Shown: positions 62,038 to 64,000 of the stretch, piece by piece | Position numbering within the stretch: the first letter of the stretch is position 1 | Layout of the letters: each line of letters starts with the position of its first letter | NCBI RefSeq assembly: GCF_006345805.1 | Contig: NC_042997.1 | Span: 199,206,001 to 199,270,000 of the forward strand | Length of the DNA stretch: 64,000 nucleotides | Direction: 5' to 3' | Source of the DNA: Octopus sinensis | Lineage: Eukaryota | Translations under genes and position numbers: made by a program | Notes under the pieces: model-generated | Databases searched by the model: none | Told to the model about the DNA's origin: nothing | The model's input: only the letters and a program-made list of their open reading frames with translations

Positions 62038-62455
62038 GGCGGCGAGCTGGCAGAAACGTTAGCACGCCGGGTGAAATGCCAAACGGTATTTCTTCTGCCG
62101 CTACGTTCTGAGTTCAAATCCTCCGAGGTCGACTTTGCCTTTCATCCTTTTGGGGTCGATTAAATAAGTACCACTTACGCACTGGGGTCGATATAATCGA
62201 CTTAATCCGCTTGTCTGTCCTTGTTCGTCTCCTCTGTGTTCAGCCCCTTGTGGGGAGTAAAGAAATAGGTATTTTGTCTGCTGTTATGTTCTGAGTTCAA
62301 ATTCCGCCACAGTCGACTTTGCCTTTCATCCTTTTGGTGGTCAATTAAATATGTACCAGTTACGCACTGGGGTCGATATAATCGACTTAATCCGTTTGTC
62401 TGTCCTTGTTTGTCCTCTCAGTGTTTAGCCCCTTGTGGGTAGTAAAGAAATGGGT
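62038..62455 (+). mobile_element. Double SINE family A with probable 16-bp TSD
   Basis: AAGGGAGTTTTAGAGG (62013-62028) / AAGGGAATTTTAGAGG (62456-62471). Confidence 0.85.
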
Positions 62456-64000
62456 AAGGGAATTTTAGAGGGTTGATATACTTAGGAGGAAGATTTGGGC
62501 ATAGAAGTTAGTGTGACGATTAGGGACCACTCTATATAGAGAAAAGTGGATAGGGGACGTCTAGATGAAGGTGCCAAGAGACAAACCGGCTTTGAAAAAC
62601 AGAAGACACTGTAGTATCAAAAGAAAAGGCAGAGAGAGGAGACATCTTATATATATATGTGTGTGTGTGTATCTAACATATACACACACACTAGATATTA
62701 GAGTGTAATTTTCATTATTTTACTATTTGTTCATTCTTTCGTTGGTGTTAAAAATAGAATCTGTTCATCAAAATCTTTTCTCTAATGACAAGAGCTTTCA
62801 TACAAATAATGCTAAAACATGTTTACAAACTTGAAAACATGACACATGTTGCTTTGGACATAAATCTTATCACATGAACGAATAGAAAACAATAACACAA
62901 AGGAAGGTGTGAGCACTCCAGCTGTGGCTGCACTTCTCTTCTGCTGCTTCCAATCATCAGCGTGTTTATGATATGTAATATATTTAATTGGCTATTTCGT
63001 TTCTGTATCAATAACTTACTAAAAATATTAAATATTTTGCAAAATAATTTTGTTATTAACATGTAAGACTTGGTGAAAGGATAATATTCTGTCTTTGAAT
63101 GTTGATATATTTTTCTCTCATAATTTTCTTTAGTTCCTTAATGTAAACCTTAGGAAAACATTTGCACTTACCATTGAATTAAATTTTCAATTCAGGAATT
63201 ATAATGAAGTTAGAGCAGTTCCAAATGCAAAGATTTGTACACCACCATCATCATCATTTTAATTTCAGGCTTTGTGCCTAGAATAGAAAAGAATATCTAT
63301 ACTTGCATAGGCTGGGCATAATTAATTTAAGTAGATTTTCTATAGCTGGATGCTCTACCTGTTACCGACCCTTATCTCTCTTCATGCAAAGTAATATTTT
63401 CCCATGGCCAGACATGTTTTTGCTGAATATTGGAAATGAATGACACAGCTTGTATGACTGACACTCATTTATAAATATCCTGCAATGCCAAGACAAAGGG
63501 ACCCAGACACACATCCATACAATAGGATTTTTCCAGTTTCTTACTTCTTTATTGCCACAAGGGGCTAAAGGAGTTTTCCAATTTCTGTCTATCAAATCCA
63601 CTCACGAGGCTTTGATAAGCCCTAAGGCTATACTCTAAGATACTCACCAAAGCTGTGCACTTAATGTGACTTACTGCAATCTTTCATACCTCTGTCTGTC
63701 TATCTTTTATACCTTTCACTCCGTAATGTGATTGATGTTGATAAGAGAATCTCGCCATAGAAACAGAGCTCAAAATAATAATGAAATTATTGTATACAGT
63801 GCTCAGGCGTAACACAACTTGTCAAAAATGCGTATAAAGTATATGCAGTAATGTACAAATGTCTGGAAATTATGCTTACTAGTGAGATGCTGTCTTTGTA
63901 GCACATCTAGGTGAGCAGCGCACCTGAATATGTGCTGAGTCAGGCCTTGGTGATCCACCCGACCCATGCTAGCATGGAAAGCAAACGTAAAACAGAGATG

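Overview
AT-rich, microsatellite-rich eukaryotic DNA. The SINE families and (TA)/(CA)/(GAT) repeat style look like an Octopus-type cephalopod genome (my recognition, not a database result). I could not identify an intact host protein-coding gene. The window is mostly retroposons (three tRNA-like SINE families, many 5'-truncated RTE LINE ends, R4/Dong-like remnants), DNA-transposon MITEs (piggyBac, hAT, Tc1/mariner), non-autonomous Helitrons and one solo LTR. Three structures stand out. (1) A 4.6-kb RTE LINE (28849-33451) is inserted, with an 8-bp TSD, into the right TIR of a piggyBac MITE. Its disabled RT carries a C4HC3 PHD finger between RT motifs 6 and 7, and its 3' UTR is expanded into a 2.4-kb two-level array of hairpin modules. 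(2) A young near-perfect palindrome (35244-35722, ~237-bp arms) carries a complete type-I hammerhead ribozyme in each arm, as in a Penelope-like inverted pLTR. (3) An 11-copy 56-bp minisatellite (13502-14116) sits at the end of an R4/Dong remnant. Weak splice and promoter signals suggest the 5' end of a minus-strand transcript near 57.5 kb. Coordinates of degenerate repeats are approximate; TSD, TIR, hairpin and ribozyme coordinates were counted by hand.
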